A stretch of 64,000 nt of DNA from Candidatus Magasanikiibacteriota bacterium (GCA_014729395.1 WJJZ01000014.1:1955-65954), one strand, 5' to 3'. Shown: positions 27,997 to 38,101, numbered from the stretch's first letter. Translations and numbers: made by a program. Notes: a model not told the origin generated them from the letters alone.

Positions 27997-28031
27997 TCAC
28001 GTTCACCACAACTGAGAAGGAGAGAGAAATC

Positions 28032-28973
28032 ATGTCCGAGGACAATGAAATCATGATCGGTCTGGTAGCGGGAAGTGGTTTTGATATGGAGAGCAGTGGA
28101 GTTGAGCTCCAAAAGATGCCTGACGTTGAGTTTGTAGGTAAGATTCCAAAAGCTGATATAATTACTCCGTACGGTGCTCCATCAAGCGATATTTCCATTC
28201 TTAGGGTGCGAGGAGTATTGGTTGCTGTAATTCTTCGTCATGGCGAAGGTCATCAATTACCTCCACATTTGGTTCCATATCGCGCCAATTCGTGGATTAT
28301 AAAAGCACTTGGTGCTCATATCCATATTCAATTTACCGCTGTCGGTTCGCTTCAAGATCATATCAATTACGGGGATGTTGCGGTAGTTAGGGTGCTGGAA
28401 AATGCAACCGAACGACCGTTGCCTGACTTACTTGAGGATGTTAGGGTTGCAATTCATCCCAGTTTGGCTGAGCAGACCTGTGACGTTCTACCAAAGCTGG
28501 CAAGTGAAGCCTTTCGAAAAGCGGGTGTATCAAATGTACATCAACAGGCAGCACATGTCACCATTCCCGGCCCGGCTTTTGCGCCAAAGTTCAAAGAAAG
28601 ACAATGGAAGGATACCGGTTATGATTTAATTGGTATGACTAGTGTGAGACCGTCACTGGTTTTGCGCCAGCTTCGGCAGCACTGGGTCGAGATTGCGATT
28701 CCAACCGATTCAAGTTCGATTGGCGACGATGAAGAGGTAAATGCCTTGCTCGTATCGCGTAGGATGAAAGGACTTGAACAATTAATATCCACAGGTTTCT
28801 GTAATTTCGTTGAAGTATTGGGTTCAAAATTACATTTGGTCGACTGCGCTTGCCATTGGCCAATGGAAGTGGCAAATATGTCAAAAAAAATCACTGTAGA
28901 GGCTGAAAGACGATTAATTTTGTCAGAAAAACCTCATCCATACTCATGTGGTTGGTCTAAGCTGATTTCTTAG
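28032..28973 (+). CDS. Purine nucleoside / methylthioadenosine phosphorylase family protein (PNP-UDP family), divergent, elevated GC (about 45%)
   Basis: IMIGLVAGSGFD (GxxGGSG-like), PYGAPSSDISILRVRGVLVAVILRHGEGHQL, GMTSVRPS (GMTxxPE-like); SD aaggagag. Confidence 0.5.
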   Translation: MSEDNEIMIGLVAGSGFDMESSGVELQKMPDVEFVGKIPKADIITPYGAPSSDISILRVRGVLVAVILRHGEGHQLPPHLVPYRANSWIIKALGAHIHIQFTAVGSLQDHINYGDVAVVRVLENATERPLPDLLEDVRVAIHPSLAEQTCDVLPKLASEAFRKAGVSNVHQQAAHVTIPGPAFAPKFKERQWKDTGYDLIGMTSVRPSLVLRQLRQHWVEIAIPTDSSSIGDDEEVNALLVSRRMKGLEQLISTGFCNFVEVLGSKLHLVDCACHWPMEVANMSKKITVEAERRLILSEKPHPYSCGWSKLIS

Positions 28974-28999
28974 TAATCAATGGTAGTTCTTGCTCATTC

Positions 29000-29998
29000 A
29001 TGAGTGTGCAAGAACTACTTGATTTTTTTAAAATGATAAGAAAAAATAAAAAAAATAAAATTTTTCGCCGAGAATTTAGAAGCAAAAAAGATTTTGCGTG
29101 GCAGAAATCTAAGAGAAATCCTTTTGTAAAAAAAAGTAAACTTAGTCTATTACAAAAATTGGAATATCTATTTCTATCCTTGGCTTTATTTATAATGGCA
29201 GCTATATTTTTGTATCATCCATATTTTCAAATATCAGACATTAGTGTAGATGGTATTAAGCGAATTGATAAACTGGAGTTTAGAGAAGCCGTAAAAGGGG
29301 CTATGGATTATAAGAGATACTTTATATTACCGGCAAAAGCATATGTTATGACCGATACTACAGAATTGAAAAACCTGCTAAAATCTAAATATGCTTTGTC
29401 TGACATCAATGTTGAAAAAAAGTTTCCCCATTATTTAAAAATAACTGTAGAAGAACAATTGTCTACAATAATTTATGATAATGGAGATAGGTATAGCTAC
29501 CTGGGTAAGGATGGAACCATAGTCGAAGTTCTAAGAGAAACCGGAGAAGATGAGTGGATTATAAAAACAAAAATTGTTACATCAACAAATGAAAATGGTG
29601 AAATTATTTCAGAAGAAGTGGAAGAATCAAGGACACATATTCCCCCGGTTCACGCTATAATAAATGAAATAGGGGACTATCCGATAATTTACGACAAAAG
29701 ACACAAAAAAGGCGAGGTTAATGATGTAATGCTATCAGAGCAAAGCACTATGGGCATCCTGAGTTGGTTTAATAATATAAAAAAAATTGATTCGTTACCA
29801 AGGGGATATTTTTTATTGGAAAATGAACTTGGTGATTCAAAATATATTACAGAAAACGGTTGGTTTTTAAAAATTAATATTGCTGATAATAGTAAGGAAA
29901 AATTGAATAAACTTTTAATTTTGCTTGACGATCAAATTAATTTAGATCGGATTAGCTATGTTGATTTACGTTTTGATGGTAGGATTTATTGGAAATGA
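29000..29998 (+). CDS. Cell division protein FtsQ/DivIB-like (POTRA domain)
   Basis: N-terminal basic cytoplasmic tail, single TM, then ISVDGIKRIDKLEFREAV...KKFPHYLKITVEE POTRA pattern. Confidence 0.55.
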   Translation: MSVQELLDFFKMIRKNKKNKIFRREFRSKKDFAWQKSKRNPFVKKSKLSLLQKLEYLFLSLALFIMAAIFLYHPYFQISDISVDGIKRIDKLEFREAVKGAMDYKRYFILPAKAYVMTDTTELKNLLKSKYALSDINVEKKFPHYLKITVEEQLSTIIYDNGDRYSYLGKDGTIVEVLRETGEDEWIIKTKIVTSTNENGEIISEEVEESRTHIPPVHAIINEIGDYPIIYDKRHKKGEVNDVMLSEQSTMGILSWFNNIKKIDSLPRGYFLLENELGDSKYITENGWFLKINIADNSKEKLNKLLILLDDQINLDRISYVDLRFDGRIYWK

Positions 29999-30022
29999 GT
30001 AGAAATGACCAGGGTGGGGGAG

Positions 30023-30047
30023 AGGCTTAATAATGAGCCTTTTTTTA
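30023..30047 (+). terminator. Rho-independent terminator (aggct-taataatg-agcct + TTTTTTT)
   Basis: Read directly. Confidence 0.55.
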
Positions 30048-30124
30048 TATGAATTTTATAAAAATTTTATCATTATTTCATCTTATATAAGGCATAATAA
30101 GTTTATTATTCTAAGAATAATTTT

Positions 30125-30298
30125 ATGCCAAGTATAAATTGTATAGATCATTTAAACAAAAATGAAAAAAAAGGTGAATTATTAAGTGATCATTATGTTC
30201 ATGATTGGTCCATGATTGGTTGGGATGGGGTATATATGTTTAGAATTTGTCGCAATTGCGGGGTCAGGGAAAATGATAAAGGTTATGCCAGAGGCTAG
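30125..30298 (+). CDS. Possible small Cys/His-containing protein (57 aa) in a long convergent intergenic region
   Basis: MPSINCIDHLNKNEKKGELLSDHYVHDWSMIGWDGVYMFRICRNCGVRENDKGYARG; weak RBS. Confidence 0.25.
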   Translation: MPSINCIDHLNKNEKKGELLSDHYVHDWSMIGWDGVYMFRICRNCGVRENDKGYARG

Positions 30299-30855
30299 TA
30301 TAATAGAGGTGTCGCACATTGTATATTATGCGACATGTTAATAAAATATTGGCTCCACGATCGGTATTAAATACTTATATTACGATATTTAAATATAACG
30401 AATAATATAATAATTAATAATTTATTAAATAATTATATATTAATACTGTTTATGTAATTTGCTGTTATTCTGATTTTGCTCTGCATTTAATTTTCTGCTT
30501 ATTTTAGCCAAATAATACACATTTTGCGACACCACAAAAACCAGGCTTATTTTCAGAGGGTATAACATACCGGGTACTTTTGTAAAAACTTTTATTGAAA
30601 CATGAGGATGCTCTACTTTAACTATAAGATTGAGGACTGTAAATAAAATATTAACTTAAAAAGTGAAAAAAATAAATTTAACTGTAAAATTGCAATTCTA
30701 ATTATCAAATTTTTTAAAATTTTAAAATTATAACTATTCAATTTATTTTTTTGGATAATATGCTATTATTTTTATATTAACAAAGCAGAGTGTTTGTTTT
30801 ACCTCTCTCCCCTTTTGATTACAATTCGTCTTTCAAATATTGTGCGACACCAGTG

Positions 30856-31491
30856 TTATATACCTTTTGCTTTGATGACTGTTAGTAAAGTTTTGAATAA
30901 AATCCATACGTCTTTTAGGAAAATGCTAATACACCCTTTTTTGTCAATAAATTTAATATACTCTCTATCAACTTTTGTTTGATCTATCGCACTACCCTTC
31001 TCTGATTGAAAAGGTCCTGTTAGGCCACATTTCATAATATAATTATTAAAGTTTTTTTGCTGCCTCATCATTTTGGAATTTTCAACATTGGTTGGACGAG
31101 GACCTACCATCGTCATATCCCCTATTATTATGTTCCATAGCTGGGGTAGTTCGTCCATGTAGATTTGTTTTAAAAATCTTCCATAAAAGGTCAGATTTTT
31201 TTTATTTTTTTCCAGAGGTTTTGTGTGTATACAATCTGTATCTTTCAATTGATCAAGGACCTTTTTCTTAAAAATTCTGAACTTATAAAATTTAAATTTT
31301 TTACCTTGTGAAATTCTAGTTTCCTTATATAAAATTGGCCCGCGTGAACCTGGTATAAAAATTTGCTCCAATAAAATCCACAAAAAGATGAAAATTAAAA
31401 AAGGAACGGTAATCAATAATAAAATAAAACTGACCGCTAGGTCAAAAATTCTTTTAGTAACAGGTAATTTTATTTTTTTAGGATTTTTCAT
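30856..31491 (-). CDS. Bacterial sugar transferase (WbaP/EpsL-type polyprenyl-phosphate glycosyl-1-phosphate transferase)
   Basis: N-terminal TM; KRIFDL...PQLWNIIIGDMTMVGPRP signature. Confidence 0.7.
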   Translation of the reverse strand: MKNPKKIKLPVTKRIFDLAVSFILLLITVPFLIFIFLWILLEQIFIPGSRGPILYKETRISQGKKFKFYKFRIFKKKVLDQLKDTDCIHTKPLEKNKKNLTFYGRFLKQIYMDELPQLWNIIIGDMTMVGPRPTNVENSKMMRQQKNFNNYIMKCGLTGPFQSEKGSAIDQTKVDREYIKFIDKKGCISIFLKDVWILFKTLLTVIKAKGI

Positions 31492-32014
31492 GAATTTTAT
31501 CCATAAATTTTATGTAAACTTGCTGCAATAATTTAGCGTCTTCAAGAGCATTATGTCCATTATATTTCTCTTTATCAATGCCAAGTTCTTCAAAAAAACT
31601 TTTTTTACCCATACTATTAGGAGAATAGCCGCTGGCAAATAGCATGGAAGCAAAATCTATCGGGATCCAATATACCGGATGATCTTTTGCAGATTCGAAT
31701 AAGTCATACCAAAAAACAGAGTCAAATTGATTTACATAAGCCATTAGATAAGGTTTATCAATTTTTTTTCTGTTAGACCCTATAAATTTAATTATTTTTT
31801 CTGCAGCTTCTTTTTTGCTGATCTTTTTTTTATTAAGAACAGGTAAAACATTTTTTTCTACCCAGGGATGCACCGGTCCTTTGTAATCAAACTCTATATA
31901 TAGTTCTTCACCTGTTGGTTTTACAAGGCCAATTGAAAGTAATTCCCCTACCCTACAGTCCAGATGAGTAAACTCAGCGTCGTAAAATATAATATTATTT
32001 GAGTATGGTCGCAT
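31478..32014 (-). CDS. DEDDh-family 3'-5' exonuclease (DnaQ/oligoribonuclease-like)
   Basis: FYDAEFT (exo I), YNGHNALEDAKLL (exo III H-x4-D). Confidence 0.5.
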   Translation of the reverse strand: MRPYSNNIIFYDAEFTHLDCRVGELLSIGLVKPTGEELYIEFDYKGPVHPWVEKNVLPVLNKKKISKKEAAEKIIKFIGSNRKKIDKPYLMAYVNQFDSVFWYDLFESAKDHPVYWIPIDFASMLFASGYSPNSMGKKSFFEELGIDKEKYNGHNALEDAKLLQQVYIKFMDKIHEKS

Positions 32015-32052
32015 CTCTTTTAGATTAGATAACTTTTGTCAGTGAAGAAATT

Positions 32053-33294
32053 TTAGTAATCCTTGACAAGATAATTCAATGGGTTTACGGGTATACCTTT
32101 TTTTCTCACTTCAAAATGAAGATGTGGTCCGGTGGTGAATGGTCCGGCACCGGCAGTTTTTGGGCTTCCTCCCGAGTATCCCAATACAGCACCTCGAGCA
32201 ATAAATTGATCTTCACTTACATTGATTGAACTTAGGTGTCCATAAACTGTAGAGATCCCATTTGCGTGTACAATCATGACATAACTATAACATTGCCAAC
32301 TACTGCATCTTTTTGCTCTAGCGACATAGCCGGAAGCTGCCGCCTTTACAGCTGTACCCTGTGCGGATCTAATATCAACAGCGTTATGTTCAAATACATT
32401 TCTGTAAGGATAATCTTTGTCATGAAAATAGGCTGTTATGTAGCGGCTACCGGTTGGCCAAGATAATCTGGAAGCTCCATCTTGGGGAAGTTGATCCAAT
32501 TTATTTTCTTCTTCCAGTTTTTTTCTAATTTCATCTTCAATACTGCTGATTTCAGTTTCAATCTGTTCATACTGTTTGCGTAAATTTACCATTAATGTTT
32601 TATACATCAGCTCTGAAGATTGTGTTTGAGCCAATAATTCTTGTTTTTGGAAAACTTGTTCTTCCAGATCTTTCTTTTTATTGTCAAGCTTCATTTTCAA
32701 CTCCGCATAGGCTGAACGTCTTTCTTCTGTTTGTGCTTTTTTGGCTTCCAGTTCTTCTTTTACCAAACGCAGGCTGATCGCTGTTTTTCCCAAGTCTTCT
32801 TCTACATTTTCCAGATACTGTAAACGATCATAAAAATCCGAAAAATTGTCATACGCTGCCATAATTTCAATATATTTTTTGTCATCATTTTGAGCGATTT
32901 CTCTAATTAATTCGGATATCATCGCTTTTTGTTTTTCAATTACTTTATTTTTTTCTTCGATTGATAATTCCAGACTCTCAATCTCTAATGAGAGTGAATC
33001 CATTTTTTCTTGAGTCAGTTGGATATCCAACTCGACTTGAACCATTCGGTTATCAAGAATTGCCATTTGATTTGACAGCGAAGTTGCTTCAGTCTGCTTG
33101 TCTCTGATTTTATTTTTATACTCCTCTATACTTTTTTCCAGTTGCTCGATTTTTTCTTGTCTTTTTTGAATTTGTTCATTTAGTGCATCAATTTCATTTT
33201 TATTGCCACCGGTATTTTCTGTATAAGCCAAAAATGGTCCGCTAAAAAAGCCAACCGCTATGATTGCAATAATAATAGTTAATATTCTTCTCAT
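32053..33294 (-). CDS. M23 family metallopeptidase with N-terminal coiled coil (EnvC/LytM-like murein hydrolase)
   Basis: Signal/TM, long coiled coil, C-terminal HNAVDIRSAQGTAV...GPHLHFEVR. Confidence 0.7.
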   Translation of the reverse strand: MRRILTIIIAIIAVGFFSGPFLAYTENTGGNKNEIDALNEQIQKRQEKIEQLEKSIEEYKNKIRDKQTEATSLSNQMAILDNRMVQVELDIQLTQEKMDSLSLEIESLELSIEEKNKVIEKQKAMISELIREIAQNDDKKYIEIMAAYDNFSDFYDRLQYLENVEEDLGKTAISLRLVKEELEAKKAQTEERRSAYAELKMKLDNKKKDLEEQVFQKQELLAQTQSSELMYKTLMVNLRKQYEQIETEISSIEDEIRKKLEEENKLDQLPQDGASRLSWPTGSRYITAYFHDKDYPYRNVFEHNAVDIRSAQGTAVKAAASGYVARAKRCSSWQCYSYVMIVHANGISTVYGHLSSINVSEDQFIARGAVLGYSGGSPKTAGAGPFTTGPHLHFEVRKKGIPVNPLNYLVKDY

Positions 33295-33368
33295 ACTTAA
33301 ATTATAACATAATTCAAGTATCGATTCTAAGAAGTTATCAACAAAAAAAAAACGCTTAATTTAGTATA

Positions 33369-34862
33369 TTATTTGAGTTTGGAAATTGCATTTTCTATTC
33401 TTTTTAATGTTTCATTCTTTCCAATCACTGCTGCTATTTCAAAAGGCCCGGGTGAATTTTTTTGACCTGACAACGCTACGCGCATCGGCCAGAGTACATC
33501 TCCAACGTTTATATCATGTTCCTGTATGTATTTTTTGATTGTTTCTTCCAATTTTTTTTCCAACCAATTTTCATCTTTTATTGGATGCAGCAGTTTATGT
33601 AGTTTGAGTAAATTATCTTTGGTTGATTCTCTATCGGATTTTTTCCAAATTAATAATTCCGGTTCATAAACCAGTTCATCTGTAAATATAAAACCCAATG
33701 CTTCAACCAGCTCACTCAAATTGTTTACTCTGGATTTTTCCAAATTTATTGCATTGCTTAATTTTTCAAACTCATGAGGTTCGTCAATATCTATTTTTTT
33801 TAGAACGCCGGAATTTTTAAAAAAAGGAATAGAAAATGAGGTCAATTTATTTATTGGTAATTCCATCATATATTTTTTGTTGTACCAATTCAGTTTATCC
33901 CTATTAAAAACAGCTGCTGCTTTGGTCAGTTTGTCTATATCAAATTCTTTTTCGAGTTCTTCTAAACTGAAAATTTCTCTTTCATCACCCGGGTTCCAGC
34001 CCAAAAAGGCGGCGAAATTAATTAAAGCCTGTGGTAAGTAACCCTTTTCTCTAAAATCCTCCACTGAAACATCGCCATGACGTTTGCTTAATTTTTGTTT
34101 TTTTTCGTTTACAAGTAAAGATATGTGTGCAAATTCAGGAATCTGCCAGCCAAAGGCTTTGTAAATAGCAATATGTTTTGGTGTTGAAGAGATCCACTCT
34201 TCTCCCCTAATTACATGACTGATGCCCATCAAGTGGTCATCTATCACAACGGCAAAATGGTAAGTCGGGAAACCATCAGCTTTTATTAACACTTGATCAT
34301 CAATCAGCTTATTCTCAAATTTAACCTCTCCGCGAACGAGGTCACTAAATTTGGTAACACCATTATTTGGCATTTTTAGTCGAATTACATAGTTTTCCCC
34401 CGCCTTTAAGCGCTTTTCCACTTCATCCGGACTGCAATCACGGCAAGAACCATCATAACCCGTTGGTTTGTTGTTTTTTTGCTGAATTTCTCTTAATTCT
34501 TGTAGGCGCTCCTTCGAACAAAAGCAATAATAGGCTTGATTCTTTTTGATCAGTTCATCTATGTATTTATTATAAATTCCTAAACGTTCAGATTGAATGT
34601 ATGGGCCATTTTTCCCAATTTGAATTATATTTTTTTCTTCGTCGAATTTTACTCCCTCATCGGGTATTATTCCAGTCCAATAAAGTGAATTCAAAATATT
34701 TTCAACTCCACCCTCAACAAATCTTTCTCTATCTGTGTCTTCAATTCGCAAAACAAGCCGGCCATTATTTTTTTTGGCGAATAAATAAGCAAAGAGAGCT
34801 GTTCTAAGACTTCCAATATGTAAAAAGCCTGTTGGGCTTGGTGCGAAACGTGTTTTAATCAT
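33369..34862 (-). CDS. gltX: Glutamyl-tRNA synthetase
   Basis: RFAPSPTGFLHIGSLRTALF (HIGH), KLSKRHG (KMSKS), zinc-binding Cys cluster. Confidence 0.9.
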   Translation of the reverse strand: MIKTRFAPSPTGFLHIGSLRTALFAYLFAKKNNGRLVLRIEDTDRERFVEGGVENILNSLYWTGIIPDEGVKFDEEKNIIQIGKNGPYIQSERLGIYNKYIDELIKKNQAYYCFCSKERLQELREIQQKNNKPTGYDGSCRDCSPDEVEKRLKAGENYVIRLKMPNNGVTKFSDLVRGEVKFENKLIDDQVLIKADGFPTYHFAVVIDDHLMGISHVIRGEEWISSTPKHIAIYKAFGWQIPEFAHISLLVNEKKQKLSKRHGDVSVEDFREKGYLPQALINFAAFLGWNPGDEREIFSLEELEKEFDIDKLTKAAAVFNRDKLNWYNKKYMMELPINKLTSFSIPFFKNSGVLKKIDIDEPHEFEKLSNAINLEKSRVNNLSELVEALGFIFTDELVYEPELLIWKKSDRESTKDNLLKLHKLLHPIKDENWLEKKLEETIKKYIQEHDINVGDVLWPMRVALSGQKNSPGPFEIAAVIGKNETLKRIENAISKLK

Positions 34863-34968
34863 AGAAAATTTGAATATAGAATTTTGAATTATGAATTTTA
34901 AATCAATTTTTAGTGTTTCAATTCATTAATAATTTTAAATTCAATCAAAATTCGAAATTCAAAATTAA

Positions 34969-35736
34969 TTATTTTTGAACTACTATTTTTTTCAGTACTA
35001 TGCCCGCTGAAACCGCCACATTCAATGATTCAGCATTACCTTTGCCCGGAATTGTATATCTCTCCCCCATTTCAATAATCTCACTCCTAACACCATGTGA
35101 TTCACTTCCAAAAACGTAAATATTATTCTTCTTTGGTTGTAACTCTTTTAAGTTCTCACCATCCATTGTTAATGATACGATACTGTAATCTTTCTGTGTT
35201 AGATTTTTTAAATCAGAAACAATATCTTGGCTTTGGTATATTCCGGTATGAAAAATTGAGCCCATGGTAGATCTTACCGTCTTTTCATTATACACATCTA
35301 CGCAGTTTTCTGAAAGCAATATATTTGGCAGCCCAAACCAGTCGGCCGTTCTTATAATTGTTCCCAAATTACCCGGGTCCTTGACAGAGTCCAGGCAAAT
35401 TATTGGTTTGTCATTTATAATGTCCAGTAAAACTGTTTTTGAATATTTTATAACCGCTAAAATACCGGGGAAAGTTTCAGTTGTTTTTATATCTCCAATA
35501 TCTTTTTGGGCGCAATAGTGAATTTCTATATTTAAGCCTTCAGCTTTTTTAATAATTTCTAAAATATTTTTATCTTCTTTCTTTTTTTCTTCAATTACAA
35601 TAAAATTAACATTTGAATTTGATTCTAAAGCCCCTCCCACTCCTTTTATACCTTCAATAATAAACTCAGCATATTCTTTACGATATTTTTTTTGATGGAG
35701 CTTGTTTATATGTTTTTTAATATTTCTTTTTAACAT
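34969..35736 (-). CDS. TrmH/SpoU-family RNA 2'-O-methyltransferase
   Basis: SPOUT motifs VKDPGNLGTIIRTADWFG, VFGSESHGV, NVAVSAGIVL. Confidence 0.65.
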   Translation of the reverse strand: MLKRNIKKHINKLHQKKYRKEYAEFIIEGIKGVGGALESNSNVNFIVIEEKKKEDKNILEIIKKAEGLNIEIHYCAQKDIGDIKTTETFPGILAVIKYSKTVLLDIINDKPIICLDSVKDPGNLGTIIRTADWFGLPNILLSENCVDVYNEKTVRSTMGSIFHTGIYQSQDIVSDLKNLTQKDYSIVSLTMDGENLKELQPKKNNIYVFGSESHGVRSEIIEMGERYTIPGKGNAESLNVAVSAGIVLKKIVVQK

Positions 35737-35751
35737 AATTTCTAAGATAGA

Positions 35752-35948
35752 ATGTCATTCCCGCCCCCCCCTCTACACGAGGATAAACTCCAGCGGGAAT
35801 CTAGGAAATAGAAAGATGGATTTTTGAATACTGGATTCCCGCCGGAGCCTGTACCCTTGTAAAGGAAGTGGTATTCATATACTGGATTCCCGCCTTCGCG
35901 GGAATGACATTGAGACGATTTCTTCTGTAGGGGGCGGGAATGACATTG
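35752..35948. repeat. Cluster of 4 full or partial copies of the GTCATTCCCGC..GCGGGAATGAC REP-like element
   Basis: gtcattcccgcc..gcgggaatc (35755-35800), ggattcccgcc (35832-35842), full ggattcccgccttcgcgggaatgacattg (35883-35911), gggggcgggaatgacattg (35930-35948). Confidence 0.65.
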
Positions 35949-35970
35949 GCTTAGCTTTAATCAATGTTAA

Positions 35971-36600
35971 TTATTTTATACCACGAACAATCCAGCGTCC
36001 AATTTTGTCCAAATCTATTTTTAAATTTTTAAACTTTGAAAACATCTTTTGAACCTCCTTCTTTGTATAAAAACTATGTGGCAAGTCTTTTTCCGGCCCT
36101 GATTGTGGGGCAAAAGTACCTTCATCAATCTTTTTATTTTTTTCGAATGTTTCCCATTTTTTAGCACTTTCATAGTCGGGTACAGTAATAAATATTTTTC
36201 CATCCTGAATTATTGCCTTATATATTCTATTAATTAAATCTTGGACATCTTTTTTTGTGCCGTGGTGGATGGTAGAGATGGAAATAATAAGATCATAAGT
36301 ATTTTTTGGTATATCAAATTCAAACATATTGGCATGAATAATATTTGAATCACTACCTAACAATCTTTTACTCATTTGCACGGCTGTTTCACTGGAATCA
36401 ATTCCATCTGTTTTGAATCCACCGGCTTGCAAAAATTTTAAATATTTTCCGGTTCCACATCCTATATCTAAAACGTGTTTAATATCAAAATTTGTTTTAT
36501 TTAAAAATTTTTTAAAAACAGGGTGTATTTCTTCAGACAGAGTTGCCCAAGCTTCACCACCTTTTTGGTAATCTTTGTATATTTTATCCCAAATTGTCAT
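35971..36600 (-). CDS. Class I SAM-dependent methyltransferase
   Basis: VLDIGCGTGKY motif I. Confidence 0.6.
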   Translation of the reverse strand: MTIWDKIYKDYQKGGEAWATLSEEIHPVFKKFLNKTNFDIKHVLDIGCGTGKYLKFLQAGGFKTDGIDSSETAVQMSKRLLGSDSNIIHANMFEFDIPKNTYDLIISISTIHHGTKKDVQDLINRIYKAIIQDGKIFITVPDYESAKKWETFEKNKKIDEGTFAPQSGPEKDLPHSFYTKKEVQKMFSKFKNLKIDLDKIGRWIVRGIK

Positions 36601-36603
36601 AAA

Positions 36604-36960
36604 TTAATTTTTTACTTGATAAAATTCAATTACATTCCCTTCGGTATCCTTAGCCTGAAAGATCAGGTATTCCCCGATTGTGTCCAAAGGTAGAACAATT
36701 TCACAATTTTTGCTTTTTATCAATTCTAACATCTTATTTATATCCTCAACTTCAATATTTGGCACGACATTATTCCCCATTAAAACTTTTTCATCATCAA
36801 GCGCCGGATTAAAAAGAAGAAAACTAACATTTTCAAAATCAAATGAGCTCATTCTCTCATCTTTTGAAGAAACTGTAGTATCGAATATTTCTTCATAGAA
36901 TTTTACCGCTCTGTCCATGTCTTTAACAGCTAGATACACTGCATTAAATTTTGGTTTCAT
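36604..36960 (-). CDS. VOC/glyoxalase-bleomycin resistance family protein
   Basis: MKPKFNAVYLAVKDMDRAVKFYEEIF beta-alpha-beta-beta-beta module. Confidence 0.5.
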   Translation of the reverse strand: MKPKFNAVYLAVKDMDRAVKFYEEIFDTTVSSKDERMSSFDFENVSFLLFNPALDDEKVLMGNNVVPNIEVEDINKMLELIKSKNCEIVLPLDTIGEYLIFQAKDTEGNVIEFYQVKN

Positions 36961-36966
36961 ATGTAA

Positions 36967-37344
36967 TTAATCAAAAAAATGTCGTTTGATATTTATAGTT
37001 GCACTAATGACAAGTCCCGGCAATGAATATACAACAAAATTAATAAATATCAAAAAACTATAAAAGATTATGTCGGTGTAAATACTCGCTGGTATTGAAT
37101 GTAGTATAGTATCTATGCCAAATATATCGAATAGGAGGTCCAACAATAAAAATGTTGGTGTATTTACGAATTCCCCTATTTTGTATATATGACATACATT
37201 CACTTCTTTCATTTCAGAAAAACTCATGGACGAACAATATTCGTATTTTTCCGGAATAAAAAATAAAGGTATTACTACCAGGCTGGCAATCACAGGTAGA
37301 ATATATATGTATTTATTTAATATTATTTTTTTGATTAGTTTCAT
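36967..37344 (-). CDS. Hypothetical membrane protein
   Basis: 125 aa, 3-4 TM helices. Confidence 0.35.
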   Translation of the reverse strand: MKLIKKIILNKYIYILPVIASLVVIPLFFIPEKYEYCSSMSFSEMKEVNVCHIYKIGEFVNTPTFLLLDLLFDIFGIDTILHSIPASIYTDIIFYSFLIFINFVVYSLPGLVISATINIKRHFFD

Positions 37345-38101
37345 ACAACTTTTTATAATTTAAAAATAAAAATTTTCCGGTGGCCTTCCATATCCTTTTT
37401 ATTCTCCAAGGCTGCAAAATTAATCTCCAAAGCCACTCCAATCCAATAGTTCGTATCCACTTTGGTGCCCGTTTGACTTTACCGGAAATAAAATCAAATG
37501 ATCCACCTACACCCATAGCAATTTTTAGACTTGGCATTTCTTTTAAATATTGATTTATCCATTTTTCTTGTTTTGGATGACCAAAGGCGACAAATAAAAT
37601 ATCAGGTTTAGTTAAGTTAATATTATTAATAATTTGTTGGTTTTCTTCTTTATTTAAATCAATCTGTATTGTTATATTGTTATATTGTTTCATTGTTATT
37701 TTTGGGCCAGGATGAATACCTGAAATTTTTAATTTAGGAAATTTTTTAATTAATTCTTTTTTTGTTTTTTCAACCACATCTTCACTTCCTGAACCAAGCA
37801 AGTAAACACTTTTTTCTCGTTCTGCTGCCAATTTACAAATATCAAGCATGAGGTCAACTCCGGGAATTCGTCTAATCCTCCCTTTTGTAACAAACTCAAT
37901 CCCCTTTCCGTCACAAGTATTTAAGTCACTTGAATTTAAAATATCTCTAAACTCTTTATCTTTTTGAGCATCTACCAACATTTCAGGGTTTGGAGTATAA
38001 ATTTTATATCCCTTATTGTTGTCTAAAAAAGAAGTAATTTTTAATAGCACTTCTTTTTTGGTTAACATATCCAATTTAACACCCAGAACATCTTTTTTCA
38101 T
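37313..38101 (-). CDS. WecB/TagA/CpsF-family glycosyltransferase (N-acetylmannosaminyltransferase-like)
   Basis: VLGVKLDMLTKKEVL...IYTPNPEML...YLLGSGSEDVVEK pattern. Confidence 0.65.
   Translation of the reverse strand: MKKDVLGVKLDMLTKKEVLLKITSFLDNNKGYKIYTPNPEMLVDAQKDKEFRDILNSSDLNTCDGKGIEFVTKGRIRRIPGVDLMLDICKLAAEREKSVYLLGSGSEDVVEKTKKELIKKFPKLKISGIHPGPKITMKQYNNITIQIDLNKEENQQIINNINLTKPDILFVAFGHPKQEKWINQYLKEMPSLKIAMGVGGSFDFISGKVKRAPKWIRTIGLEWLWRLILQPWRIKRIWKATGKFLFLNYKKLYETNQKNNIK

Noticed and set aside
30794-30982. 62-aa plus ORF overlapping the 3' end of the sugar transferase gene
   Set aside because: It is an antisense overlap and the sequence is low-complexity.
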